Program-made: the position numbers and the translations under genes
Notes under the pieces: model-generated
Told to the model about the DNA's origin: nothing
The model's database searches: none
Seen by the model: only the letters and a program-made list of their open reading frames with translations
Part shown: positions 54,731-64,000 of the stretch, piece after piece
Numbering within the stretch: position 1 is the first letter of the stretch
Layout: each line of letters opens with the position of its first letter
Assembly (NCBI GenBank): GCA_016928025.1
Contig: JAFGLN010000047.1
Location: 32,335 to 96,334 of the forward strand
Source: Deltaproteobacteria bacterium
GTDB taxonomy: Bacteria > Desulfobacterota > Syntrophia > Syntrophales > JAFGHS01
Length of the DNA: 64,000 nt
Direction: 5' to 3'

Positions 54731-55040
54731 ATTTAATAAACACCGGCTCTCCCAGAATGGGCATATTGCCGCTTTTCAAGGTATTAATAATAATCTCCGG
54801 CGTCGTCATTTCGTCGTCGTAAATTACCAGGACTTCTTTTTTCCCCACCAAGCTGTAATTGATCAAGCCTTTTACTCTTCTGAGGATAGAACCTAACCTC
54901 CGGTTACCACCTCAAGACAAACACCCGGGAACGGTTATTTGCATTTTCCTTTCTGCCGACCAGGCGGGAGCATTGAAGAACAGGGAAGAAAAAAATACCG
55001 ATAAAACCATCAAAAGGAAAAGACATCTTACGTTTTTCAT
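54729..55040 (-). CDS. probable secreted selenoprotein with CxxU motif, HMA/MerP-like (103 aa; not in ORF track)
   Basis: Hand translation MKNVRCLFLLMVLSVFFSSLFFNAPAWSAERKMQITVPGCLSUGGNRRLGSILRRVKGLINYSLVGKKEVLVIYDDEMTTPEIIINTLKSGNMPILGEPVFIK; TGA at 54914-54912; frame stays open for 60 further codons; GGGGG RBS-like tract. Confidence 0.75.
54882..54900 (-). promoter_or_regulatory. candidate bacterial SECIS hairpin
   Basis: GAGG-T-TAG-GTT-CTA-T-CCTC starts 11 nt after the TGA and its apical loop begins with G. Confidence 0.6.
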
Positions 55041-55283
55041 TTTTAATCCCCCTTTTATAAGGTCTTATATCATTATCGGCTCCATCAATAAATATTATTA
55101 TGACAAAAATCCAGCACCATCTATTGCGTGTCGATGCGTTCGTATACTTTTAAATAAATTCTGTATATTATGCTTCACATATCGCTCGATCCATAATATA
55201 GTCTGGGGGTATACGGATGGACCGCAGTTTTGTCAATTCAAGTCGTTTGGAATCATTGCAAATCACAGGAGTATGGATCCATC

Positions 55284-55880
55284 ATGGGCATCATTACATC
55301 AGGGGCATTTATTTTAGCGTCTAAATCCCCCCGCCGGATTGAACTCCTCAACCTGATGGGTATCAAGCATCTTGAAGTCATCCCCAGCAAGGTCAAGGAA
55401 ACCTTTCTCAGCGGCGAAAATCCGGATGCGCATGTCCGGCGATTATCGAAAGAAAAAGCCGAAACCTTGGCCTGCCTCTATCCGAAGGCCTGGGTTTTGG
55501 GGGCTGATACCATTGTCGTTATTGACGGAGAAATTCTCGGCAAGCCCCATAATCCGTCTGAGGCCGGCGAAATGCTCCGCAAGCTCTCCGGAAGAGAACA
55601 CCGCGTGTTCACAGGCTTTACCGTCATCAATAACAGCCTGAATATTCTTATCGGTGATTGTGTTGAATCAACCGTCCTGTTTAGAAACCTCGGGGAAGAC
55701 GAAATTCAATGGTATATCGATACGCCCGAACCTCACGACAAGGCCGGCGGTTACGCCGTTCAGGGGATAGGGGCTTTTTTTATCAAAGAAATCCACGGTT
55801 CTTACACCAATGTGATGGGGCTGCCTCTCTGTGAGGTCGTTGATGTATTGAAAAAAAGCGGCGCCATAAGGTTTTCTTGA
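55284..55880 (+). CDS. maf: Maf-family nucleoside triphosphate pyrophosphatase
   Basis: ILASKSPRR, LGADT, LGKP, DKAGGY, NVMGLP. Confidence 0.93.
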   Translation: MGIITSGAFILASKSPRRIELLNLMGIKHLEVIPSKVKETFLSGENPDAHVRRLSKEKAETLACLYPKAWVLGADTIVVIDGEILGKPHNPSEAGEMLRKLSGREHRVFTGFTVINNSLNILIGDCVESTVLFRNLGEDEIQWYIDTPEPHDKAGGYAVQGIGAFFIKEIHGSYTNVMGLPLCEVVDVLKKSGAIRFS

Positions 55881-55882
55881 TC

Positions 55883-56575
55883 ATGCACTCCATCAAGGAC
55901 AATATCGAGCAAATCAGAATGAATATTGAAGCGGCGGCTTTAAAATCCGGCCGAAAAGTCTCGGACGTCCGGCTGATGGCCGTGACGAAAACGGTCGACG
56001 ACGCACGCATCATGGAGGCCATCGACGCGGGGATCGATCTGATCGGGGAAAACTATGTTCAGGAAGCCCAAAGGAAAATCGAGATCATTGGAAACGCCGT
56101 TCAATGGCACTTCATCGGCCGCCTTCAGACAAACAAGGCAAAATACGCCGTTCGTCTTTTTGATATGATCCACTCGGTAGACCGAATAGCTTTGGCGGCC
56201 GAGCTCGATAAACGGGCAAAGGCGGCGGGATGTATCATTCCCATATTGATTGAGGTTAATCTAAGCGGTGAGACGACAAAAAGCGGCGTTCCCAAAGACG
56301 GCGTCTTTGATCTGGTCCGTCAAACGGCCGGGCTCGATAACATCGCCGTCGAGGGTCTGATGACCATGCCGCCCTGGTCGGACAATCCGGAAGATTCCCG
56401 ACCCTATTTCGCCCAGCTCCGCGCCCTCAAAGAAGCCATTGCTGCCAAACAACTCATTGGCGTCGAGATGCAAGAGCTTTCCATGGGGATGTCGGCGGAC
56501 TATGAAGTCGCCGTTGAAGAGGGCGCCACCATCATCAGGATCGGCACAAGCATTTTTGGCGAACGCCCCCTTTGA
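55883..56575 (+). CDS. yggS: PLP homeostasis protein YggS
   Basis: AVTKT, GENYVQE, WHFIGRLQTNK, LSMGMSAD, RIGTSIFG. Confidence 0.95.
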   Translation: MHSIKDNIEQIRMNIEAAALKSGRKVSDVRLMAVTKTVDDARIMEAIDAGIDLIGENYVQEAQRKIEIIGNAVQWHFIGRLQTNKAKYAVRLFDMIHSVDRIALAAELDKRAKAAGCIIPILIEVNLSGETTKSGVPKDGVFDLVRQTAGLDNIAVEGLMTMPPWSDNPEDSRPYFAQLRALKEAIAAKQLIGVEMQELSMGMSADYEVAVEEGATIIRIGTSIFGERPL

Positions 56576-56611
56576 TATCCAACGGAAACTCATTACCCTG
56601 AACCGGGTGGG

Positions 56612-57220
56612 CTACCTGATGTCCTCTGTTTTAATGGTTGACTTGCCGGATGGCCTTATCTCGTCTGTTTTTAAAAGGGATTCAGAGGAGGATGGCGCTT
56701 CCGGTACGCTGACGGCTGCCTGGCTCTCCGTTGTTTTTACTTCGTCCTGTTTAACGGCTTTTTCGGGCGGCGACTGCGTTTCCGGTTTTGTCATTTTTTG
56801 ACCGGTTGATGACATATCGCGCAAATTCATACCGATTTTTTCATGGATCAATTGGGACGCAATATTATTTCCCGTCAAACCTACCAGAATAGAAACAGTG
56901 GTCAATTCTTTTGACACATATTCCACCGTAATCGTGACCTTTTCATCCTGGATCAGCGCCTTAATGGTGCCTTTCGAAATTTTTTTGGTCTTTTCAACAT
57001 CGTCGCCCTTCAACTCGACAACGGTTTTTTCACAGGCCGGCCAAACCTGATCAATATTGAATCGATAGTTCATTCGCAAGTATCCGTCTTCGGACATGAA
57101 CCGACCGGAATGCACCCCGATAACTTTTCCATGCCTCACGATTGCGGCGTCACAACTCATCATCAACATAATCCCGATGATTACCAAACCCAGCCGATAA
57201 AAGTTATTCACCATCATCAT
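56612..57220 (-). CDS. lipoprotein, DUF3568-like, with low-complexity C-tail
   Basis: Lipobox-like MMSC; TTVSILVGLTGNNIASQLIHEKI. Confidence 0.65.
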   Translation of the reverse strand: MMMVNNFYRLGLVIIGIMLMMSCDAAIVRHGKVIGVHSGRFMSEDGYLRMNYRFNIDQVWPACEKTVVELKGDDVEKTKKISKGTIKALIQDEKVTITVEYVSKELTTVSILVGLTGNNIASQLIHEKIGMNLRDMSSTGQKMTKPETQSPPEKAVKQDEVKTTESQAAVSVPEAPSSSESLLKTDEIRPSGKSTIKTEDIR

Positions 57221-57376
57221 TTTCTCCCGTCTCTAATCCTTGTTCATTATAATGGACCTGCCCCCCCAGATAACATACCGGCATCAATCCATCATTGGCC
57301 GTTTCAATTTCAAAAGAAATATATGGCAATCAAACAGGGCTGTCAATGTGATTTAAGATGTCTTGAGCCGACCTGT

Positions 57377-58222
57377 CTATCGAAATATTAAAATGAAAAC
57401 CGTCTGAAATAAAGCCCATAGCAGAACGACCGCCGTCACACCCATACAAAAAACCGCTATGACGCGATGGACAAAACTTTCCATTGTGACGTCATTGTAC
57501 CTCAACAAAAAACCGAGGACAATGCCGGTGAAAAGACCACCTCCATGGGCCCAGTTATTAACGGCCGGAATCATGAAACCGATAAGCACCAATCCGATGG
57601 TCCACATCATGGCCTGTTTAAAGATCGCCTCTCCGTAAAAACCGCCCCGGCTTTTGCCGTAATAAAGAACGGCGCCGATCAGCCCACAGATTGAAGCGGA
57701 CGCGCCGAGCGTCAATGGAACACCGGCCAGATAAGACAGAAAAAACCCGCCGACACCGGTAAGCAGATAAATAATGCTAAACCGGCTCGTTCCGAATTCA
57801 TGGACGACAAACGGGCCCAGTTGAAAAAGGGCCATCATATTAAAGAAAATATGAAGGATACCGCCATGAAGAAAAGAGGCCGAGATGAGGGTCCACCAGC
57901 GCCCGTATCCGCTGATCGGTATGGTTCCCGTCGCGCCCAGTAAAAAAACGCCTTCGTTGGAAGGTGACAGTAACGTCAGCGGATTCATGGAAACGCCCAT
58001 CTTATAAGGATTCAAAACAAGGGACAAAATATAGAAAGCAATATTCGTGTAGAGAATAACTTTCACGATATTGAATGATCCTTCAGAAAAGGTTTGAGAA
58101 AGATATTTCTTTAACCCCGACCCAGGCCTCGACAATCCGCAATAGGGACAGACCGGCTCATCGGCACTGATGAGTTTGCGGCAATTCGGGCAGAGAAGAG
58201 AGTTTTTTTCACCATACGCCAT
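57377..58222 (-). CDS. rhomboid intramembrane serine protease with N-terminal Zn ribbon
   Basis: CPNC...CPYC; FLHGGILHIFFNM, GASA, NWAHGGG. Confidence 0.92.
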   Translation of the reverse strand: MAYGEKNSLLCPNCRKLISADEPVCPYCGLSRPGSGLKKYLSQTFSEGSFNIVKVILYTNIAFYILSLVLNPYKMGVSMNPLTLLSPSNEGVFLLGATGTIPISGYGRWWTLISASFLHGGILHIFFNMMALFQLGPFVVHEFGTSRFSIIYLLTGVGGFFLSYLAGVPLTLGASASICGLIGAVLYYGKSRGGFYGEAIFKQAMMWTIGLVLIGFMIPAVNNWAHGGGLFTGIVLGFLLRYNDVTMESFVHRVIAVFCMGVTAVVLLWALFQTVFILIFR

Positions 58223-58262
58223 ATTGGATCCTTAACGTCTGTCTGTTTATGTTACATCTTTT

Positions 58263-58304
58263 CCTTGAACCTGGATCCTTGCACCTTGAACCTTATACCT
58301 GCCT
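58263..58304. repeat. heptamer tandem repeat (CCTTGNN)x6
   Basis: ccttgaa cctggat ccttgca ccttgaa ccttata cctgcct. Confidence 0.75.
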
Positions 58305-59789
58305 TCATTCAATCTTCCAGGTGGTGGACTGCGGCGTGTCTTTAAGGACAATTTGCTTTTCCGCCAGAAGGTCCCTGATTTCATCGGCCCGCTGCCAGTT
58401 CTTTGCCACCCGGGCGGAGCGTCGTTCCTCCACCAAACGATCAATTTCTTCGACGTTCAGGTCGCGTTTTTCGGCCTCCCGGTTTCGGTCGCTCAAAAAA
58501 TACTGGTCGGGATCGTCGAGGAAGAGACCCAAAACCTCTCCCAAATCCCGAAAGGTTTTCTCCGCCAAACGAAGCACGGCCGCCGTCTCATCGGTAAGCC
58601 TATAGTCTCGATCGGCCATCAAGCTATTGATGAGCCGGACCGCATCAAACAGATGGCCAATCGCTTTGGCCGTATTGAAGTCATCGTCCATGGCCTCAAC
58701 AAATCGGTCCGGAAGCTGAGACAGGTTATCGGCGGCATCTTGGTTCTCAGGCGCAAAGTCCTCAAAATTTAGAGCGATTTGCGATTCTTCAGAGCCTTTA
58801 AGGGCATCTTGGATGCTTTTCAAGGCGGTGTAGAATCTTTCCATACCGCGCCGGGCTTCAGCCAGGGCCTCATCGGAAAAATCAAGCGGGCTTTTGTAAT
58901 GGGTCTGTAAAATGAAGAAACGCACTATCTCAGGATGGTAATGTTTCAAAATATCCCTCACGTTCATGATGTTTTTGAGGGATTTCGACATCTTTTCCCG
59001 ATTGATTCTGACAAAGCCATGATGGATCCAGTATCTGACGAAAGTCTTGCCGGTAGCGCCTTCCGACTGGGCGATTTCGTTTTCATGGTGGGGAAATATC
59101 AAATCCTCACCGCCTCCATGAATATCGAAAGTGTCTCCGAGGTATTTTTGACTCATGACGGAACACTCAATATGCCATCCGGGCCTGCCTTGGCCCCAGG
59201 GACTTTCCCACCACGGTTCCCCCTCCTTGCTTGCTTTCCATAAAGCAAAATCGAGGGGATTTTTTTTGTTTTCATTCACGTCGATCCGGGCGCCGGCCAT
59301 CATATCGTCAAGATTTCTTCCCGACAATTTTCCATAGTCGCTGAAGTTTTCGACGGCGTAATAAACGTCGCCATCCACAACATAGGCCAGGTCTTTTGCA
59401 ATCAGCTTTTCAATGAGTCTTATCATCTCCTGAATATATTGCGTCGCCCTTGGTGCTGCGTCCGGCCGGGCAATGCCCAGGGCATCCATATCCTCGTTAT
59501 GCTCTCCAATATACCGCTCGGCGATTTCGGAATAATTGAGCCCGGAATCTTTTGCTTTCGTGATGATTTTGTCGTCCACATCGGTAAAATTTCTCACATA
59601 GAAGATATCATAACCCCGATAGCGCAAATAACGCGTCATAACATCAAAAACCACCGCGGAACGGGCGTGACCGATATGGCAGCTGTCATAGGCTGTAATA
59701 CCGCACACATACATGCCTATTTTCCCTTCGGACATGGGTATGAACGTTTCCTTCTTTTTCGTTGCGGTATTGTATATTTTCAAAGACAT
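58305..59789 (-). CDS. cysS: cysteine--tRNA ligase
   Basis: YVCG, HIGH, GRPGWHIEC, FPHHENE, KMSKS. Confidence 0.98.
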   Translation of the reverse strand: MSLKIYNTATKKKETFIPMSEGKIGMYVCGITAYDSCHIGHARSAVVFDVMTRYLRYRGYDIFYVRNFTDVDDKIITKAKDSGLNYSEIAERYIGEHNEDMDALGIARPDAAPRATQYIQEMIRLIEKLIAKDLAYVVDGDVYYAVENFSDYGKLSGRNLDDMMAGARIDVNENKKNPLDFALWKASKEGEPWWESPWGQGRPGWHIECSVMSQKYLGDTFDIHGGGEDLIFPHHENEIAQSEGATGKTFVRYWIHHGFVRINREKMSKSLKNIMNVRDILKHYHPEIVRFFILQTHYKSPLDFSDEALAEARRGMERFYTALKSIQDALKGSEESQIALNFEDFAPENQDAADNLSQLPDRFVEAMDDDFNTAKAIGHLFDAVRLINSLMADRDYRLTDETAAVLRLAEKTFRDLGEVLGLFLDDPDQYFLSDRNREAEKRDLNVEEIDRLVEERRSARVAKNWQRADEIRDLLAEKQIVLKDTPQSTTWKIE

Positions 59790-59813
59790 GACTTTCCCTC
59801 TTTGCTGTTCAAT

Positions 59814-59840
59814 AAAAAAAGGGGAGCTAAAAAGCCCCCC
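59814..59840 (-). terminator. terminator after rplM-rpsI
   Basis: Minus strand GGGGGGCT-TTTT-AGCTCCCC-TTTTTTT. Confidence 0.65.
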
Positions 59841-59859
59841 TCCTCCTGCGTCAGGAATA

Positions 59860-60252
59860 TTATCTCTTGGAAAACTGGAAGCGTTTCCGGGCGCCGGGCT
59901 GGCCGTATTTTTTTCTTTCCTTGATCCGGGAATCCCGGGTCAGAAACCCCTCTTTTTTAAGAGTGGAGCGCAAATCCGCATCAAACTCCACCAGCGCCTT
60001 CGAAATGCCGTGCTTAATGGCTCCCGCCTGGCCGGCCATGCCGCCGCCGCAAACATTAATATAAAAATCGAATCGATCATTTTTACCGACAACATCCAAA
60101 GGCTGTTTGATGAGCATCTTCAGGCTGTCGCGGGTAAAGTAGTCGTCAAAGTTTCTCTTATTGACAACGATGGCGCCATTACCCTCTTTCATATATACCC
60201 TGGCGATGGATGTTTTTCTTTTTCCGGTGGCATAAAAACGTTTTGCCGTCAT
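59860..60252 (-). CDS. rpsI: 30S ribosomal protein S9
   Basis: [12 protein letters not shown]...[10 protein letters not shown]...ERKKYG...[10 protein letters not shown]. Confidence 0.98.
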   Translation of the reverse strand: MTAKRFYATGKRKTSIARVYMKEGNGAIVVNKRNFDDYFTRDSLKMLIKQPLDVVGKNDRFDFYINVCGGGMAGQAGAIKHGISKALVEFDADLRSTLKKEGFLTRDSRIKERKKYGQPGARKRFQFSKR

Positions 60253-60297
60253 ATAGTTCTCCAAATTCTAAATCAATGTGTATAATGCTGTTTTTAT

Positions 60298-60726
60298 TTA
60301 TAATTCCAAAGTCTTCGGACACTGGGCTTCGTGTTTATGTTCGCCCTCTGCGTAGATTTTGAGTTTTTTCAACATGGCCCGGCCCAGGGAGTTTTTCGGG
60401 AGCATCCCCTTCACCGCATAACGCAAAACCTCTTCCGGTTTCTTTTGCAGGAGTTTGCCGGCGGTGATCTCCTTCAATCCACCGGGATATCCTGAATATC
60501 GATAATACATCTTGTCCGTCAATTTTTTACCCGTCAACCGGACCTTCGCCGCGTTGACCACGACGACAAAATCACCCGTGTCCGTATGGGGCGTAAAGAC
60601 AGGTTTATGCTTACCCCTTAGTCTGTGTGCGATTTCCGCCGCCAGCCGGCCTAAAACCTTGTCTTCCGCATCAAATAAACACCAGTCTCTGGTGACTTCG
60701 CCTTTTTTTGCCTGATACGTTTTCAT
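60298..60726 (-). CDS. rplM: 50S ribosomal protein L13
   Basis: LGRLA...LRGKHKP.FTPH.DTGD...SGYPGG...GMLPKN. Confidence 0.98.
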   Translation of the reverse strand: MKTYQAKKGEVTRDWCLFDAEDKVLGRLAAEIAHRLRGKHKPVFTPHTDTGDFVVVVNAAKVRLTGKKLTDKMYYRYSGYPGGLKEITAGKLLQKKPEEVLRYAVKGMLPKNSLGRAMLKKLKIYAEGEHKHEAQCPKTLEL

Positions 60727-60756
60727 AATTCACCCAGTCATTAAAAATAGGGTTGC

Positions 60757-60785
60757 AACCTACGCAATTTCAAGGCGTTTGTCAA
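60757..60785 (-). promoter_or_regulatory. candidate sigma70 promoter of rplM-rpsI
   Basis: TTGACA-17 bp-TAGGTT. Confidence 0.55.
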
Positions 60786-60917
60786 GAAAAACCTGTAAAA
60801 ATGTAGGAGAATGTTTTAAAGCCAAAGACGGAAATTTATTGACATAGAAAGCTGTAATTTCTTATTGTTACCAAAGTCGAAACAGGAAACAACCATTACG
60901 TAACCGGGGAACATTCT

Positions 60918-61751
60918 GTGATTGTCGAAGCGATTAAAACCCGCAGATCATGCCGTACCTTCAGCCCCGAGGCCATTGAAGCGGAAAAAATCAAGACTTT
61001 GGAGGGATTTTTTGAGGCCAACACAAAAGGGCCATTCGGAAACAGACTTCGTTTCGAACTGGTCAATTTCGATGTCATGAACCGGGAAGCCGTCCGGGCC
61101 TGCGGTACCTACGGCATCATCAGGGGGGCGTCCTATTTCATCGTCGGGGCGGTCAAAAAGAAGGTCGGCGCCATGGAGGATTTTGGCTACGGGATGGAAC
61201 GAAATATTTTACAGGCCCGATCATTGGGGTTGGGCACCTGCTGGCTGGGCGGCACATTTAAAAGATCGGGATTCGCTGACCGAATCGGGCTTTCAGGCGA
61301 GGAACTTCTCCCGGCGGTGTCTCCGATCGGTTACGCGGCTGATAAAATATCGGCCATAGAGCGTGTTTTTCGCTTGGGCGCCGGCTCGGACAGGAGGAAG
61401 CCCTGGGAAGCCCTGTTTTTCGACAGGCAATTAAACGCCTTGAAAAAAGGGGACGCAGGCCCTTACGAACGGCCTCTGGACTGTGTTAGATTAGGACCCT
61501 CCGCTGCCAACAGGCAGCCGTGGCGTATCGTTAAAGACGGGGACTGTTTCCACTTTTATGTCGAACGGTCAATGGGCTATTCCAGTCAACACGGAAAGGT
61601 TAAGCTTCAGAGTGTTGATATGGGAATCGCCATGTGCCATTTTGAATTATCATCGCGCGAACTCGGTTTGAACGGATACTGGCTGTTTGACAATCCGGGA
61701 TTGAACGCCGGGAAATGGGAGCATATCGTCACCTGGCAGGCATGCGGATGA
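60918..61751 (+). CDS. nitroreductase family protein (two-domain)
   Basis: RRSCRTF, GLGTCWLGG, GPSAANRQPW, VDMGIAMCHF. Confidence 0.88.
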   Translation: MIVEAIKTRRSCRTFSPEAIEAEKIKTLEGFFEANTKGPFGNRLRFELVNFDVMNREAVRACGTYGIIRGASYFIVGAVKKKVGAMEDFGYGMERNILQARSLGLGTCWLGGTFKRSGFADRIGLSGEELLPAVSPIGYAADKISAIERVFRLGAGSDRRKPWEALFFDRQLNALKKGDAGPYERPLDCVRLGPSAANRQPWRIVKDGDCFHFYVERSMGYSSQHGKVKLQSVDMGIAMCHFELSSRELGLNGYWLFDNPGLNAGKWEHIVTWQACG

Positions 61752-61766
61752 TAGGAAGATTTTTTT

Positions 61767-62468
61767 ATGCAGGATCCCGATGACTCTTTAAAACATAATC
61801 CTTTCAACAGTTTGAAGGCAATCCTCAAAGACAAGCCATTACCCGGCCCTGCCCGCCGCATTGTTCCCTCAAAACCCGATCCGCCCATTGAAAAGGAAAG
61901 CGAAGAAAGAGCCTTCCAGGAAGCCATGAAAGACGTACGGCCCATTGTAAATGACAAATATGTCAAAGGCAAGGCAGCGGCCGGTCCTCCGGAATCTTTT
62001 ATTAACGAAACGGAAAAAGACGTCATGGCCCAATTGGAAAACCTGGTCAACTCCGGAGAGGGTTTTATTATATCCAATACGCCCGAATACATGGAAGGCA
62101 CGGGACATGACATACCGCCGGAGTTGGCCGAGAGGCTGCACCGGGGAGATTTTTCCATTCAGGGGCACATCGATCTTCACGGGATGGGCGTGGCGGAAGC
62201 AAAAGACGCCTTTGAAACCTTCCTGAGGGAGGCCGTTTCATCCGGCAAAAGGGCCGTCTTGGTCATCCACGGGCGCGGTTTATCATCGCCCGGCGAACCA
62301 GTTCTGAAAAACAAGGTCAGCGAGTGGTTGACCCGCGGCCACTGGCGAAAATGGATCATCGCTTATACCAGCGCCCAGTCCCATGACGGCGGCACCGGCG
62401 CCACATACATACTACTCCGCCACCGGCCCGTTTCGAAACGATTCAGAAAAAAGAGCCGACGGTTATAA
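61767..62468 (+). CDS. Smr/MutS2 C-terminal domain protein
   Basis: IDLHG, VIHGRG, VLK, DGGTGA. Confidence 0.9.
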   Translation: MQDPDDSLKHNPFNSLKAILKDKPLPGPARRIVPSKPDPPIEKESEERAFQEAMKDVRPIVNDKYVKGKAAAGPPESFINETEKDVMAQLENLVNSGEGFIISNTPEYMEGTGHDIPPELAERLHRGDFSIQGHIDLHGMGVAEAKDAFETFLREAVSSGKRAVLVIHGRGLSSPGEPVLKNKVSEWLTRGHWRKWIIAYTSAQSHDGGTGATYILLRHRPVSKRFRKKSRRL

Positions 62469-62573
62469 GGGGACTCCATCCCTGATATCAGAAATAACGT
62501 ATTTTTTGCCTGTGATGGCTGTATCCTATACGCTGCAATCTTAATGCATTGGCAATTAAATATAATAAATGAT

Positions 62574-62800
62574 GTCATTCCGGTCTTGGAGACTGTGTCA
62601 TAATTCGCTTTTGTGTCATTCCGTGCAAGCGAAGCGCGACACGGAATCCAGGATTTATTAATAAAATAGACTCCTTCTGGACCCCGGCTTTCGCCGGGGT
62701 GACGGTTCAAAAGGCACTTTTGACTATTGTGACACAGTCTCTTGATCCGGAATCCAGCTAACCTTTATCAGTAATGGATTCCCGCTTTCGCGGAAATGAC
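62574..62800. repeat. REP-like double-hairpin element (GTCATTCC...GGAATCCAG / TGGATTCCCGCTTTCGCGGAAATGAC) interrupted by a MITE
   Basis: Removing 62589-62744 restores the hairpin GTCATTCCGGTCTTGATCCGGAATCCAG. Confidence 0.8.
62589..62741. mobile_element. 153-bp MITE carrying an internal REP-like element
   Basis: TIRs GAGACTGTGTCATAAT / ATTGTGACACAGTCTC (15/16 match); TTG duplicated at 62586-88 and 62742-44; inner REP-like unit 62615-62703. Confidence 0.8.
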
Positions 62801-62844
62801 GAATGTGGTGATAAATTATTGCCGGTGTAATAATTCAGAGAATA

Positions 62845-63528
62845 TTATTTCGCTCCTAGTTTCATCATCAATTTACGAAACTTGATCAGGGGAATCATTA
62901 CACGCGGAACTGTGTAACAAACGGGCTTTTTACGGAGGCAGTATTCCAGATGATCCGTCGCTTTCTCCACGCTCATCATAAACGGCTTCATATCCCCTTT
63001 TGCCATTTTGGTGTCGACAAAGCCGAACCGGACATTGGTCACCGACACGCCTTTCGGCTTCAGGGCCAGGGCCAGGCCGCCCAGATAGTTGGAAAATCCC
63101 GCTTTTGAGGCATGATAAGACGGCGCCTCCGCCGAGAGCAACTCATCGGCCAGGCTGGAGATTCCGACAAAATGGCCGCGGCCTCTTTTGACCATCCCGG
63201 GGATAACCGCCGCCGTCGTTTTCACCATGCCGGTCAGATTGACATCAAAGATGCCGGCTTCAGCGCTCATATCCAGGGGATCGAGCAGTTCACCAATACC
63301 TGCGAAATACATACACAGATCCACGGGTCCTCTTTGAAGCAATTCTGCCAGTATTTCCGGATAGTTATCGTCACGAACATCGGCAATATGATGGTCATAG
63401 GCGGAATCGGTGATCGGAAATTCACTTCTCGAAACACCGATGACATTCCAGCCCAACGTCAGAAGCCGTTTTGTCATGGCCAATCCGATGCCGTCGGAAT
63501 TGCCGATAAGTATCGCTTTGAGTTGCAT
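62845..63528 (-). CDS. short-chain dehydrogenase/reductase
   Basis: GNSDGIG, ISS, YHASK, FGFVDT. Confidence 0.9.
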   Translation of the reverse strand: MQLKAILIGNSDGIGLAMTKRLLTLGWNVIGVSRSEFPITDSAYDHHIADVRDDNYPEILAELLQRGPVDLCMYFAGIGELLDPLDMSAEAGIFDVNLTGMVKTTAAVIPGMVKRGRGHFVGISSLADELLSAEAPSYHASKAGFSNYLGGLALALKPKGVSVTNVRFGFVDTKMAKGDMKPFMMSVEKATDHLEYCLRKKPVCYTVPRVMIPLIKFRKLMMKLGAK

Positions 63529-63655
63529 CGCGTCCTTCTTAGTTCTTAGAAAATCCCGGCCTCAGTATCGCCTTTAATTTACCGGAAAGCCGCAGGCCTT
63601 TTTTTCAGCATGGACCGCTGATTTAATAACAGAGAGGAATGCCAAAACAAAAAAT

Positions 63656-64000
63656 TCAACGACCATCCGATTCAACCGTTTCGATATTTTTCGACATCAC
63701 GCTGATATCCTCCCGCCACAACCATCCGACAGATGTCCAAAATGCCAGACCATCAGCATTTTTGTTGAAAATAAAAATGTGGCATTTTCCGATATCTGAA
63801 GCGGTTAAAAGCTTTAAACACCGGTCCACGAGTTGCCTGGCGATACCTCTGCGGCGGAATTTCGGATGAACGGCGAGATGGTGAATGTAGCCGCGTCTGC
63901 CGTCGTGGCCGGCAAGGATGGCTCCCACAACGGCGCCATCAACAGTCGCAATAAAGCTCAGTCCGGGGTTGCGTTCAAGATAGGCCCGGATATTGTCCCG
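63656..64000 (-). CDS. GNAT acetyltransferase, YpeA-like (5'-truncated by window edge)
   Basis: Frame is open to the window end: YLERNPGLSF...GHDGRRGYIHHLAVHPKFRRRGIA. Confidence 0.88.
   Translation of the reverse strand, partial: RDNIRAYLERNPGLSFIATVDGAVVGAILAGHDGRRGYIHHLAVHPKFRRRGIARQLVDRCLKLLTASDIGKCHIFIFNKNADGLAFWTSVGWLWREDISVMSKNIETVESDGR

Noticed and set aside
54859-55317. 152-aa plus-strand ORF from the track
   Set aside because: No RBS or motif; it overlaps the better-supported minus-strand CxxU gene and the maf upstream region

Overview
A 64-kb chromosomal segment from an anaerobic bacterium. The gene content (two thiolases, IorAB, LutABC, WtpABC, flavodiiron protein/rubredoxin/rubrerythrin, an FrhB-like protein) suggests a Desulfobacterota/Syntrophales-like organism; this is inference. 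About 55 CDS are present. They include housekeeping genes (yhaM, panB, manC, maf, yggS, cysS, rplM, rpsI), a PhnDCE transporter with a duplicated, Ig-decorated permease, and a ~16-kb MSHA-like type IV pilus/T2SS locus (15655-31850) ending in a convergent ~1815-aa pilin fused to five LamG-like domains. Reading the DNA directly shows features missing from the ORF track: a probable secreted CxxU selenoprotein (54729-55040, minus strand, in-frame TGA plus SECIS-like hairpin), a rubredoxin, a pan-type leader and a +1 frameshift at the panB 5' end, a DUF559 gene flanked by inverted REP-like hairpins, a nested REP/MITE/REP element, heptamer arrays after stop codons, and a CoA-transferase-GNAT fusion lacking the catalytic Glu. 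I saw no rRNA, tRNA or CRISPR array. All family assignments are by eye; no searches were run.
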